A DNA stretch of 64,000 nucleotides from a virus, in IMG/VR virus record IMGVR_UViG_3300045988_138000; one strand, 5' to 3'. The notes under the pieces were generated by a model, which did no database searches, had not been told where the DNA came from, and saw only the letters and a list, made by a program, of their open reading frames with translations. The number at the start of each line of letters is the position of its first letter. Positions within the stretch are counted from its first letter, which is position 1. The position numbers were made by a program, and so were the translations under genes. Below, in pieces: positions 49,642-58,836 of this stretch.

Positions 49642-50079
49642 TTAAGACTCCAGCTCGCCGCCAGGCTTCTGACCGCCGCCTTCAGTTGTGGAGCCGCCTG
49701 GCTTCACGCCACCCGTGAGGTCGTTGCCGGCAAGGATGACCTTGAGGTCGTCGGTGACGAGGGAGCGCATGAAGCTGTAGGGGTTGCCGATCTTGTGCTG
49801 CGCCTTGTAGGCCTTCATCACGGCGAGGTAAGCCTCCGTGCCCTTCGCCGACGTTGCCGACGGGCGGTTCTGCTTCCACCAAGAGGAGGCAAATTACGAT
49901 TTCTTCGTAAACGAAGATTTCACCGTCTGCTGTTTCTCACTGTTCGGCTGCACGCATCCGTGATAGCCAGCCGAATACATCTTACCCGTGCGCTTGTTGA
50001 CACCAATGTAAGTGGTGTCCTTCTTGCACAGTTTGCCACTGATTGAACTAATCAAATGGCTGGGTGTAATTTTTGCCAT
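49642..50079 (-). CDS. hypothetical protein, 145 codons with one in-frame TAA (codon 62)
   Basis: Own translation: MAKITPSHLISSISGKL...QQTVKSSFTKKS*FASSWWKQNRPSATSAKGTEAYLAVMKAYKAQHKIGNPYSFMRSLVTDDLKVILAGNDLTGG...ELES*. The terminator follows 30 nt after the second stop. Confidence 0.45.
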
Positions 50080-50135
50080 AGTTGCAATAGAATTACGTGA
50101 AACATTGCCCCTAAAAGGGGGCGTTAATTAACTCA

Positions 50136-50180
50136 GAGCAAGTACTACGAAAGTACTATGAAAGTACTACGACGTTGCTC
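50136..50180. repeat. three tandem AAGTACTAYGA units flanked by the inverted gagcaa/ttgctc
   Basis: gagcaagtactacgaaagtactatgaaagtactacgacgttgctc has the same AAGTACTA core as the repeats upstream of parA. Confidence 0.8.
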
Positions 50181-50257
50181 ATAGTGTAAAGGTACAAAAA
50201 ACGTGCGTGAAACATCGGACATAAAAAATAATTACTAACTAAAATAACAGATTTATT

Positions 50258-50842
50258 ATGAAGAAAATTTTCAGTTTTTTGCTCATGTTAGCCATGATGC
50301 TTGCCATGGGCGAGAGTGTAGCGAGTTGTAGCAGTAGCAGTGACGATGAAGGTGGGGAGAATAAACCTCCAAAAGAAGAGTATGTCGCAAAAGAAAGCAA
50401 ATTTTGCGATGCCTTGAGAAAATTCAAGGTATCAGGGTTTGACTACTATCAATACCAATATGTCAGTAAATTCTCGCTGCATAGCGAGGCTCGCAGTGGA
50501 AGAGATGCCACCGACAGATGGGAGATTGGAATGTATATAGCAAACGACCCAGGTTTGGATAAGTGGGACGGCACATACCAGTTAGACCAACTTTGGGGTA
50601 CGCTCTACGGCTTTGAAAATGGGTACGAGGTGACAAAAGCATATTTAGGTACAGCAGATACTCTCCCAGTGAAAGGAGCATGGATAAAATTCACCTACTT
50701 GCACAAAAACGACAAATACGGCAATAAAATATACACCATAGAGTTGCATATCGACGAAATGAAGGAGAAAAACGGAGACTACGCACGCGACATCAACATC
50801 ACATACACGGGTTCGATTAGCGGCGGCATGATAGAATATTAA
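50258..50842 (+). CDS. lipoprotein (opposite-strand cargo gene)
   Basis: Signal plus lipobox, MKKIFSFLLMLAMMLAMGESVASC, followed by an SSSSDDEGG linker. Confidence 0.7.
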   Translation: MKKIFSFLLMLAMMLAMGESVASCSSSSDDEGGENKPPKEEYVAKESKFCDALRKFKVSGFDYYQYQYVSKFSLHSEARSGRDATDRWEIGMYIANDPGLDKWDGTYQLDQLWGTLYGFENGYEVTKAYLGTADTLPVKGAWIKFTYLHKNDKYGNKIYTIELHIDEMKEKNGDYARDINITYTGSISGGMIEY

Positions 50843-50859
50843 AGATATATGGTAGAAAG

Positions 50860-50891
50860 TTTGCACATTTCGCAAACTTTGCTTACCTTTG
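50860..50891 (+). promoter_or_regulatory. plus-strand promoter (TTTG-N20-TACCTTTG)
   Basis: TTTG at 50860-50863 and TACCTTTG at 50884-50891. Confidence 0.45.
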
Positions 50892-50896
50892 CAGTG

Positions 50897-51000
50897 CTAT
50901 AATGTGACTCGAAGTTTCAAATAGAGAGTCATAATCTAAAATTAAAAGTATGGATCCCTGCCATTCGTGAGAATAGCAGGGATTGTTTTATATGTTTTTT
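50897..51000 (+). ncRNA. candidate about 100-nt small RNA
   Basis: A 5' hairpin tgactc/gagtca lies at 50905-50931. The terminator atccctgc-N14-gcagggat at 50954-50983 is followed by a T-rich run. Only ATGTGA is present as an ORF. Confidence 0.35.
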
Positions 51001-51080
51001 CTTGAAACGACCAAATTTTTTCGTTTCCAATTATTTCCTAAGAAATAAAAGGAAATAAATGGAAACGAGTTCTGCCGCAA

Positions 51081-51350
51081 TCAACAGAGCACGACAATAT
51101 GATTCATCTTCAAGATATAAGCAAAGATGAAATAGTTGATGATGCTTCCCAGGATGATGACGAGGGTGTATCGCACAATATCCTCCCACTCAAACTTTGC
51201 CAAATGATAGTGTTTGTATTGATATACCTCTCTACATATCATTACAGGCAAAGCAAGCGGACCTACAAATATACTGACAAACAGCCAACAGGCGAGACCG
51301 ATGAGGTCGCGCTTGTTGAGAGTGATGAGGTTTCGGAGAAAGGTCTTCAT
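51081..51350 (-). CDS. small membrane protein
   Basis: Trimmed to the ATG at 51350 (ATGA overlap). It has two or three TM helices. Confidence 0.5.
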   Translation of the reverse strand: MKTFLRNLITLNKRDLIGLACWLFVSIFVGPLALPVMICREVYQYKHYHLAKFEWEDIVRYTLVIILGSIINYFIFAYILKMNHIVVLC

Positions 51351-51871
51351 ACGCAGAGCCAATAGGTGAAATATACGTCAATGAAGCCCGCCATCTCTGC
51401 CCAATACCAGGGTTTGTAGTATGAAGCCCTGCGGTCGAAGATGTAGAGGCAGAGAAGGTACTCTGCCAGTACGATGAGTGTCATCATCCAGCATACGGAC
51501 AGACTCCAACCTACACATCCTATGGCGGCTACGATGGCTCCTCCCTTATGGACAGGAAGGGCGTCGGCATCGAGATAGTTGGGTGCCGCACCGACAAACA
51601 TCAGTCCTGCGCAACCTATGAAGGCGAGGCACTGAATGCCCTTACCTGTGTCGAGCATACACACCATCATCAGTACCGCACACGTAACCATAACGGCCGT
51701 GAATACCCAGCCATAATTTCGCTTGCGCTTGTCTCCGATGATTTCACTTCCAGTACAGTTCTGTAACTGGTAATACACGTCACTTACCATCGCTGGAACA
51801 CCAAAGCGCATGGCTGCGAGAAGCAGAAACCCTCCAAGTAAGAGGAAAGAAATAACACTTAGTATATACAT
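51347..51871 (-). CDS. polytopic membrane protein
   Basis: 174 aa with about five hydrophobic helices. Confidence 0.6.
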   Translation of the reverse strand: MYILSVISFLLLGGFLLLAAMRFGVPAMVSDVYYQLQNCTGSEIIGDKRKRNYGWVFTAVMVTCAVLMMVCMLDTGKGIQCLAFIGCAGLMFVGAAPNYLDADALPVHKGGAIVAAIGCVGWSLSVCWMMTLIVLAEYLLCLYIFDRRASYYKPWYWAEMAGFIDVYFTYWLCV

Positions 51872-52044
51872 AGTCTTTTTTATTTTAGTTGTGTTAAACT
51901 ATCTCAAACGCAAGAGGTATGCGCTTGAACTTCTGTGCAGGCAGGCAGAGGGAAAGCCTGTGGTCTTCCCTCTACCATCTTCATCACTGGAATCCTCAGC
52001 GTGAAGTCATTACCTTTAACGATTTTCTTCATATAGCTATAAAA

Positions 52045-52590
52045 TTAAATTGTTAGTCGTACTTTTTCGGGATAACCTGCCGTAATATCATAAGCTATCA
52101 ATGCGCCTATCGTCTGTAGCTCCACAACCTTGTCAAGATGGGTCTGCGTAACATTGTAGCAGTCTTTGGCGTATACTTCTATCTTACTGATGAGGTTTTG
52201 GGCTGTATCAATAGGCAGGGTATAGCACTCGCCGTCGAGCCATAGGGTTGTTTCCGTTCTCCCCATTCGTCTCAGTCGCTCGTTGCCCTGATACACTCTG
52301 TCTCTTGTCTCGAAGTCGAGCCAGTACGCCTTGTCGTTGAGATAAAACGTATTCACCTCTGCGCTCTTATCGTACTCCGTTATCTGCTCGATGCACTTGT
52401 TTCTCAGAGCCTCTGCCAGCTGTTCTTCAGTAGGCTCCGCATCGGTATTCATATCGAGCAACACGCAGTCGTACAGATACTCACCGTCTTCTGTCTTGCG
52501 TTCGTTCACAGCAAGACGCACCTCATTATTTTTCCATGTCGCAACCTTCGTTTCCAAAGGCGTAGCATACAATTCCTTATATGTTATCAT
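52045..52590 (-). CDS. hypothetical protein (its position suggests a fibre-assembly or accessory protein)
   Basis: 181-aa ORF, 6 nt downstream of the 881-aa fibre gene. The function is inferred from position only. Confidence 0.55.
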   Translation of the reverse strand: MITYKELYATPLETKVATWKNNEVRLAVNERKTEDGEYLYDCVLLDMNTDAEPTEEQLAEALRNKCIEQITEYDKSAEVNTFYLNDKAYWLDFETRDRVYQGNERLRRMGRTETTLWLDGECYTLPIDTAQNLISKIEVYAKDCYNVTQTHLDKVVELQTIGALIAYDITAGYPEKVRLTI

Positions 52591-52596
52591 ATCCGC

Positions 52597-55242
52597 TTAG
52601 TAATTATTATTGTTGCTCATTATTCCTGCGTCAAGATTACCGAAAGTGGTTTCCGTCTGTATTGAATAGATTTTTTCGTGAAATTCGGGTGCCATGTACG
52701 TTGCGCTAAAGGAAGCTATCTGTACATAGAAGGATGGCCTTGTCACGCTCTGTCCCTTTTTGATGGCAGGCACCAGCTTTGTGTTGTCGTAGACCTTGGC
52801 ATCCGCAGTAAGGAACACGCCATCCGCAAGATTTGTCAGCGCACCATTCTTCACCATTGTGCGGCTCGTAAACGTCCTTCCGTCGGCTGCACTCGCAAGG
52901 TCGTAGGTACTCAATCCGTTAGCCGAGTCGGCTACTATCTTTCCGTTCACCCTTGGTGCTGAGTAACGATACAGGGTTGTCTGTTTTCCCGTCGCACCCT
53001 TAACGAAAAGAATGTAGTTGTTATCCTTCATTGCCGTGTACCACGTCTTAGTGGTGTCAACCCACGGAAGATCTACATTCTCTCCAAGCGGAGTCGTCAG
53101 TCCTGCATCCTCTGCTTTGATATATCGCGCAGAAGTTATCTTCGCGTCGGTCTTGCTGAGCGAGGCGACACCAGCAGGGCCGAGGTCGTAGAGAAAGTTT
53201 CCGTTGTCGTCGTAGTACGACAGCACGGCCTGTCCCGAACTGTTCAGACCGAAGCGGATGTTTGCAGTTCCTGCCTTTCCGTAGATATTGATAAGGCCAT
53301 CGGCTATCCTTACCATCTGTCCGTTGAGTCCTTGCGATGTAAGCATCTGCGCCAGTATCAGAGCCGCATTGATGGCTCCGTCTGTAAAGAGCGCGGCTGT
53401 CGTAGTCTGACCGGTAGAGAGTGTGTTCTCTACCTTGATTTTCTCGCCATACAGAGTTACTCCGCTCGACGTAATCTCCAGTCCCGCCGCCTTGGCTGTG
53501 GCTCTGTCGATGAGGTCGGTCTTCCGTTCTGTATAATCAGTAAGTTGCGCGCCTTCCTCCAGCTTCGGCTTTGTCACCCAAGCTTCAGTATCGCCTGGAA
53601 CACGTATCAGCACCTTGTCTGGAATCACCTCTGCTCCCTCGCCGGTATAGTCCTCTATTCGCCAATGCACCCAGTACCGCTTATAGGTCGAGGTGAGTGC
53701 GAGCTGTGCGTATCCGTCAGCCCTGCCGTCCGTATATTCGTTTCCTTCACAGGTTTCTGTATATACATTTGCATGAACGCTGTCTCCATAGAGAAAAACG
53801 TTGATGTTCCCGCTGCCCTTGGCAACGAAGGAGAACACATAGTCCTGATTCTTTACTATTCTCGCCTGCCCAGAAAGGGTAGCCGTTGTTGGAAATTTAT
53901 ATTGCAAGGCTTCTGTGAACTGAGACTCTGCCGAGTTGTTTTTGTTGTACAATATACCGTAGCAGCCTTCGTATTTTTCAAACATAATCAGTCCGCTGGC
54001 AAACTGGAGATTGCTTTTGTCAGACGATTTGGTCAGTGCCATCGTGTCCTCCAAAAGGTTTCCGCCCACATAGTCGTAGTCCGTTTCCGCAGGAGTCCAG
54101 CCTGTGTACTCGCTTCCTTCCTCCAACATCGGCATACATATCCATCCGTTACCAGAGGCAGTATAACCAAAGGTTCCGTCCACGGTTATGCCATTGTAGA
54201 CAAAGATATTAACTTCGATAAACTCTGCGTTGCCCGTATTGAAGGTGTAGTTCACCTGCCTCCACCGATTCACCTCGTTCTCCTTCGTCAGCCAATCCAT
54301 TTTACCCGAGGTGGCAGTAATTCTGTCCCCTCTATTGCCATTCAGCGCAGCCATCTTGAAAACTTCTGAATGAACCTGTAAGTCCTTCGTGTCGCACTTT
54401 ATCCATGCGGAAAATGTATAATCGGTGTTCTTCTTCACAGCGATGCCGTTGATGGTCTGTCCCCAGAAAAGTCCCTTGTACTGAGGCGTTCCGTTACCCG
54501 TCACCGAGAAGCGGATGGCATTATGTCCGTTCACGCCCTGTGTTATCGTAGGCTGGAATAGTCCGTCCGAATAATATATATCACCCTTCCTCGTCAGTGC
54601 CGTATCTCGCAGTAGGTTATGCCGTCCTTGCTGGCTCTGAGTAACACTGAGAGTAATCTCCTTAGCTGTCTGCTTGATAGTAGATGTGTAGGCGTTGAGA
54701 ACGGTAGGATTACTTCCTTTGAGGTCGTTCTCCAATGCCTTAAATTGCGACTGATACTGCTTTGCCGTAACCTTTACACTACCCATATACTTCGACACGT
54801 TCACCGAGAATGGAACCTGCGCAAAATAGACAACACCAGCGTAAACAAATTGTGCGACCGCATAGCCTGATGTTGCAGAAACCTGTCCTTGATTTACCCC
54901 GTCAACAATTACATCGTTCTTTGCAATATTACTGCCTGATACAGATACTTCGATATATCCATCCTTCTGTATTGCACCACATTTACAATTTACACACAAA
55001 TCATCCCTTGAGTTAATATTGCTGCATTCATTAGAGATATTCAGGTTACCCTTCATTATCTTTACCTTCGCAACCTTTGATATGCTAACAGGTACAATTC
55101 CATTGTCATCTGTGTCAAAAACGAGCGGAGCGTCTTCGACAATAATAGAAACGGCATCCTTGCCAGGCTTGCCTTGCGGACCTGGCGCACCATCCTTTAT
55201 CGCCGCTATCGTTATCTGGCCCCTCGCCAATAATACTGCCAT
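52597..55242 (-). CDS. tail fibre / receptor-binding protein
   Basis: 881 aa. The N-terminus reads LARGQITIAAIKDGAPGPQGKPGKD, a short collagen-like G-X-Y run. It is long and rich in beta strands. Confidence 0.65.
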   Translation of the reverse strand: MAVLLARGQITIAAIKDGAPGPQGKPGKDAVSIIVEDAPLVFDTDDNGIVPVSISKVAKVKIMKGNLNISNECSNINSRDDLCVNCKCGAIQKDGYIEVSVSGSNIAKNDVIVDGVNQGQVSATSGYAVAQFVYAGVVYFAQVPFSVNVSKYMGSVKVTAKQYQSQFKALENDLKGSNPTVLNAYTSTIKQTAKEITLSVTQSQQGRHNLLRDTALTRKGDIYYSDGLFQPTITQGVNGHNAIRFSVTGNGTPQYKGLFWGQTINGIAVKKNTDYTFSAWIKCDTKDLQVHSEVFKMAALNGNRGDRITATSGKMDWLTKENEVNRWRQVNYTFNTGNAEFIEVNIFVYNGITVDGTFGYTASGNGWICMPMLEEGSEYTGWTPAETDYDYVGGNLLEDTMALTKSSDKSNLQFASGLIMFEKYEGCYGILYNKNNSAESQFTEALQYKFPTTATLSGQARIVKNQDYVFSFVAKGSGNINVFLYGDSVHANVYTETCEGNEYTDGRADGYAQLALTSTYKRYWVHWRIEDYTGEGAEVIPDKVLIRVPGDTEAWVTKPKLEEGAQLTDYTERKTDLIDRATAKAAGLEITSSGVTLYGEKIKVENTLSTGQTTTAALFTDGAINAALILAQMLTSQGLNGQMVRIADGLINIYGKAGTANIRFGLNSSGQAVLSYYDDNGNFLYDLGPAGVASLSKTDAKITSARYIKAEDAGLTTPLGENVDLPWVDTTKTWYTAMKDNNYILFVKGATGKQTTLYRYSAPRVNGKIVADSANGLSTYDLASAADGRTFTSRTMVKNGALTNLADGVFLTADAKVYDNTKLVPAIKKGQSVTRPSFYVQIASFSATYMAPEFHEKIYSIQTETTFGNLDAGIMSNNNNY

Positions 55243-55286
55243 ACTCTTTCATTTTTTTATTAATAAAAAATAAGGGTGAGGTGCCC

Positions 55287-56330
55287 TTATTTAGACACCT
55301 CACAAGTAAACGTGCCTCTCACTGCCACGTCAGCGTTGGACACCGTGACGTAAGGCTTGTTCGAAGCATTCACCGCACTTGATGTACCGTTCCAGTTCGT
55401 GGCTACACCGCTGGCATTGTACTTCGTCCATTTGTAGATGTAGTTCGAGGCATGGTTGCTGTCTGCCTTCACCGCTGCACCATCCTCCACTACCTTGCCG
55501 TCTTTCCAGAGTCGGGCGTAAAGCTCCGTCGACTGCGCACCGTTCACTATCTTGTCGCCGGTCAGCGAATACACCTCCACCACGTACGGGTCGCTCGCAT
55601 CGAAGAACGTGATGATAGCGCTGGCGGTATCAGCACCGTCCTTCACCGTACAGCGGAAAGTCTGGAAGTTAAGCACGTCGTTGGCGCTCACATTCAGAGT
55701 GCTCACGCCGCCCGAAGTGCTCACGTTGCCCGAAGCCACGGCGTCCCATGTTCCTGCACTGATATTCAGCACCTCCCAAGTCATTGATGTCATGGTGGTG
55801 TCCTGCACGTTGCCACGGAAGAACTTGGCTATAGCACGCAGCTTCTTGCTGTTGTTGGTCGAGTCGAACGTATTGCCGTCGGGGGTCTCAATCTGCACCG
55901 TCTGAAGCGCACCGCCACTCTTGGCCAGTGAAATGGTCTTGTAGCCGATACACGTAGTCGTAGCCTTTGTCTCCGGGTCTGTGTATTTGCACGACCACTC
56001 GATGTTCTTCACGCTGCCGTTCTTGTCGATGTTGCTGGCGAGGTTAAGCTGATACGACTTGCCGCTCACAGGAGTGGCAGCCACACCATCCAACTTCCAC
56101 GACCATCCCGTACAAGCCGAGGTCGGAGCCTGGTCTGTAGCACTGCCCGTCACATATACACGGGCTGTTATCACGTTTGGTTCACTCGACGAGTAGTTCG
56201 GAGTGTACACACCCGTGTCGGGGGTGTAAATCTGAGTCTCGCCCTTAGAGCATTGTGTAAAACACTGAACGGCCTTGCCGTCATTGAGGTCAACGATAGT
56301 AATCTGACCATTAGCTAATACTTTTGCCAT
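55287..56330 (-). CDS. tail fibre-like protein
   Basis: The N-terminus LANGQITIVDLNDG is homologous to that of the 881-aa protein. It is rich in T, S and beta strands. Confidence 0.6.
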   Translation of the reverse strand: MAKVLANGQITIVDLNDGKAVQCFTQCSKGETQIYTPDTGVYTPNYSSSEPNVITARVYVTGSATDQAPTSACTGWSWKLDGVAATPVSGKSYQLNLASNIDKNGSVKNIEWSCKYTDPETKATTTCIGYKTISLAKSGGALQTVQIETPDGNTFDSTNNSKKLRAIAKFFRGNVQDTTMTSMTWEVLNISAGTWDAVASGNVSTSGGVSTLNVSANDVLNFQTFRCTVKDGADTASAIITFFDASDPYVVEVYSLTGDKIVNGAQSTELYARLWKDGKVVEDGAAVKADSNHASNYIYKWTKYNASGVATNWNGTSSAVNASNKPYVTVSNADVAVRGTFTCEVSK

Positions 56331-56354
56331 AATCGTTTGTTTGTTTTAATATTA

Positions 56355-58670
56355 TTATATGTTACTATTAATAGTCTTTGTATCTGATACGCACACACTA
56401 CATCCGAATTGTGCCTGTCTGTCTACGTCGTCACGTGTTATAAGACAGTTCCGGCCAATCCCCTCATGCAGCTTATTCCATACAGCATCATCTTCGGCAT
56501 CAGCCGATTGTCGCCACCACGACCATGAGCTGTTGCCCACGGTGTCGCTTATGTCCTCGCCATTGCGTAGCAGCGTTGCCTTCAGCGTCATTTCGCCCGA
56601 ACCGTTAATCATCACCGTGCCCGTATCGCTCGTTATCATTATCTGATAAGCCACGCCGTCCTCGCCCTTGTCTCCCTTCTCGCCTTTGCTTCCAGATAGA
56701 ACTTTTTTCCATTGTGTCGAGCCGTCAGAAGGCTCACCTGTTACGTCCTCCTCTGAATTGGCAACACACACCCAAACGGCATTATTGTGATTTACTTGGT
56801 CGTTCTTATGATAGGTATTTCCTTCTACCCAGTCACCTCTATAATTGATGATATTAATAGTACTGCCGTCATCCGAAATCAATTCAAAGTGTGAGGAATT
56901 GATTTTCGTTCCACCCTTCGGTGAAGTCTCGAATACCGACAGAGATACTTCTTTGTTCTCGCCATTTACGCTTTTTGTGATAGTATGCTTGTACTCAGAG
57001 ATATTAGCATAGCAAGCGATACGAGGAGCATAGTCGCCAGTTGTCTCAAGGATAATCACGTTCTGCCTGTCCGTCTTGTCGTACTCAAGATTGCCATTAC
57101 GATGTCTGTTGCCGTCCAGCACGATTGTGTCGCCCTCAGCAGGGTCTCCCTTTATCTCAACAGGCGCATTCTTCTCTGTATATCCGTCTAAGCCTTCGGA
57201 ATGCTTGCCAACGACAATCCAAGCAAACGCCTGACCATCGTACAATTCCACCTGTTCTTCTCTCGTCTGCTCCTTACCAGCTTCGTCAAGATAAGTCTCC
57301 GTTTTAGTGCCGTATATCTTCTCATTTTGCGTAGATACGCCACCATCAGGAATAGTACGCCAGTAACTCTTATTACTTGTATCACTATATGCTCCACCAG
57401 CCACAATCTCGCCAATAGTCTGACAGCGCACTTGGTCGCCCTCCTGCCAGTAGTTCATCGTGGCAGTAGTTCCGTTGTCAGCTAAGAGATAGCATTTCCA
57501 GCCAGCGCATTCTGCATCATCCGCAGTTGTTTCTACCCAAAATATAACACCGTCAGCAGATACCGATTCCTTGACAGGCACAACTTTGATAAGCTTGCTA
57601 CCAGCTCCAGATAAATAGATGTTGCCTCCAGAATAAGACAGCTTGCGTACATCTAATTCGTGGAATATCGCCTTGCCCCAGATGGTGAGGTTCGTAACGA
57701 AGGCGTGATATTTTCCGTTATCCTTCTTAACAGCGAAACCCTGCTCTGCTTCGTTGTCGTAGTCGATGGACTGTAACGACTCAAAGATGGCACGTCCTGC
57801 CTCGTCTATCAACGCTCCTCCCTTACCAAAGTAAGCACCTCTGTTCAGCTTTACTAAAGCCTCGCTCACCAGTCCTTTGATAAAGGTAATCATGCCGTTT
57901 ACCGTGTCATCATTCTCTTTGGATAAGAAATGGCGTACACCAAACTGCCCAAGGAACTCAGGAGTAACCACTTTGTTGGCTGACGTATCATCGGTGTTTT
58001 CTGTCGCTACGCCAACGATTTTATGTCCATTCAAGAAAAGGGTGGCGATAGTGGCTGTCGCTGCCTTGAGCGTAGTAAATGCTGCCACAGAGATGGTCTT
58101 CAGGAACTTGATGGTGTCGTGTACTGACTCATATCTCCACCACTGACCCTCGCCGCCGGAAGCTATCGCTTCGTCGGTGGCAAGAGAACCGTATTCCACA
58201 GTGAGAGTCCACTCACGATACTTTTCTATGATGTCCTGATCGTTCTCATCCTTACCTACATTTTTGGTCAGGACCTCAGAGATTTCTCCTTGCAGATACA
58301 CATAGTAATAGTCCTCGTTGCCCACCTGCTTGTCCGGAGATGCAATAGACTTACCGTAGATGTCAATGCGCTCGCTGGGGAATACCACCATTGCCGTACC
58401 GTTGACGCCATTGCTGACGCGCGGAATGGCTACGTAAACATACTTAGCCTTTGCATCAGGAAAGAGAGAGGGATAAGCCACTAACGGCCAACGCTGATAG
58501 TTGTGCCCGGCATCGTAGCCCAGACCCTCAATGTCCTGCATATAGCATAGAATAGAAGCACCACTCGCCACGCTACACTGGATGTAGTTAGGCTCACCCA
58601 TTGCGTTGAGTTGGATATAGAGCGCACTGCTCGAAATCCAATAATTCGTAAGTTTGACTTCTGTTGCCAT
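56355..58670 (-). CDS. large tail fibre/spike-like virion protein
   Basis: 771 aa, with the collagen-like run GSKGEKGDKGEDG near the C-terminus. Confidence 0.6.
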   Translation of the reverse strand: MATEVKLTNYWISSSALYIQLNAMGEPNYIQCSVASGASILCYMQDIEGLGYDAGHNYQRWPLVAYPSLFPDAKAKYVYVAIPRVSNGVNGTAMVVFPSERIDIYGKSIASPDKQVGNEDYYYVYLQGEISEVLTKNVGKDENDQDIIEKYREWTLTVEYGSLATDEAIASGGEGQWWRYESVHDTIKFLKTISVAAFTTLKAATATIATLFLNGHKIVGVATENTDDTSANKVVTPEFLGQFGVRHFLSKENDDTVNGMITFIKGLVSEALVKLNRGAYFGKGGALIDEAGRAIFESLQSIDYDNEAEQGFAVKKDNGKYHAFVTNLTIWGKAIFHELDVRKLSYSGGNIYLSGAGSKLIKVVPVKESVSADGVIFWVETTADDAECAGWKCYLLADNGTTATMNYWQEGDQVRCQTIGEIVAGGAYSDTSNKSYWRTIPDGGVSTQNEKIYGTKTETYLDEAGKEQTREEQVELYDGQAFAWIVVGKHSEGLDGYTEKNAPVEIKGDPAEGDTIVLDGNRHRNGNLEYDKTDRQNVIILETTGDYAPRIACYANISEYKHTITKSVNGENKEVSLSVFETSPKGGTKINSSHFELISDDGSTINIINYRGDWVEGNTYHKNDQVNHNNAVWVCVANSEEDVTGEPSDGSTQWKKVLSGSKGEKGDKGEDGVAYQIMITSDTGTVMINGSGEMTLKATLLRNGEDISDTVGNSSWSWWRQSADAEDDAVWNKLHEGIGRNCLITRDDVDRQAQFGCSVCVSDTKTINSNI

Positions 58671-58836
58671 GATGATTTTTGATTATTTATTTTTAGATGT
58701 AGCAAAGTTACCGAAAACACTTTTCTTGATAGGGACAAAGCATGACGGGAGGGTGACACTTAGATACAAAAAAACGAAGAACACAGCCCTAAAGCCGATG
58801 TCCTTTGCCAAACAAACTAAGAAAAAAAGTATTCTA

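Noticed and set aside
49594-50046. 150-aa plus-strand ORF and a 66-aa minus-strand alternative frame (49682..49882)
   Set aside because: This is a GC-rich segment open in several frames. The minus-strand frame continuing from ATG 50079 gives the only globular-looking sequence and is followed by the terminator.
52597-58670. A diversity-generating retroelement or retron acting on the fibre genes, or on the 24.2-24.7-kb non-coding region
   Set aside because: No reverse-transcriptase-like ORF (no YxDD motif) is present in the window. I saw no template/variable repeat pair at fibre C-termini.
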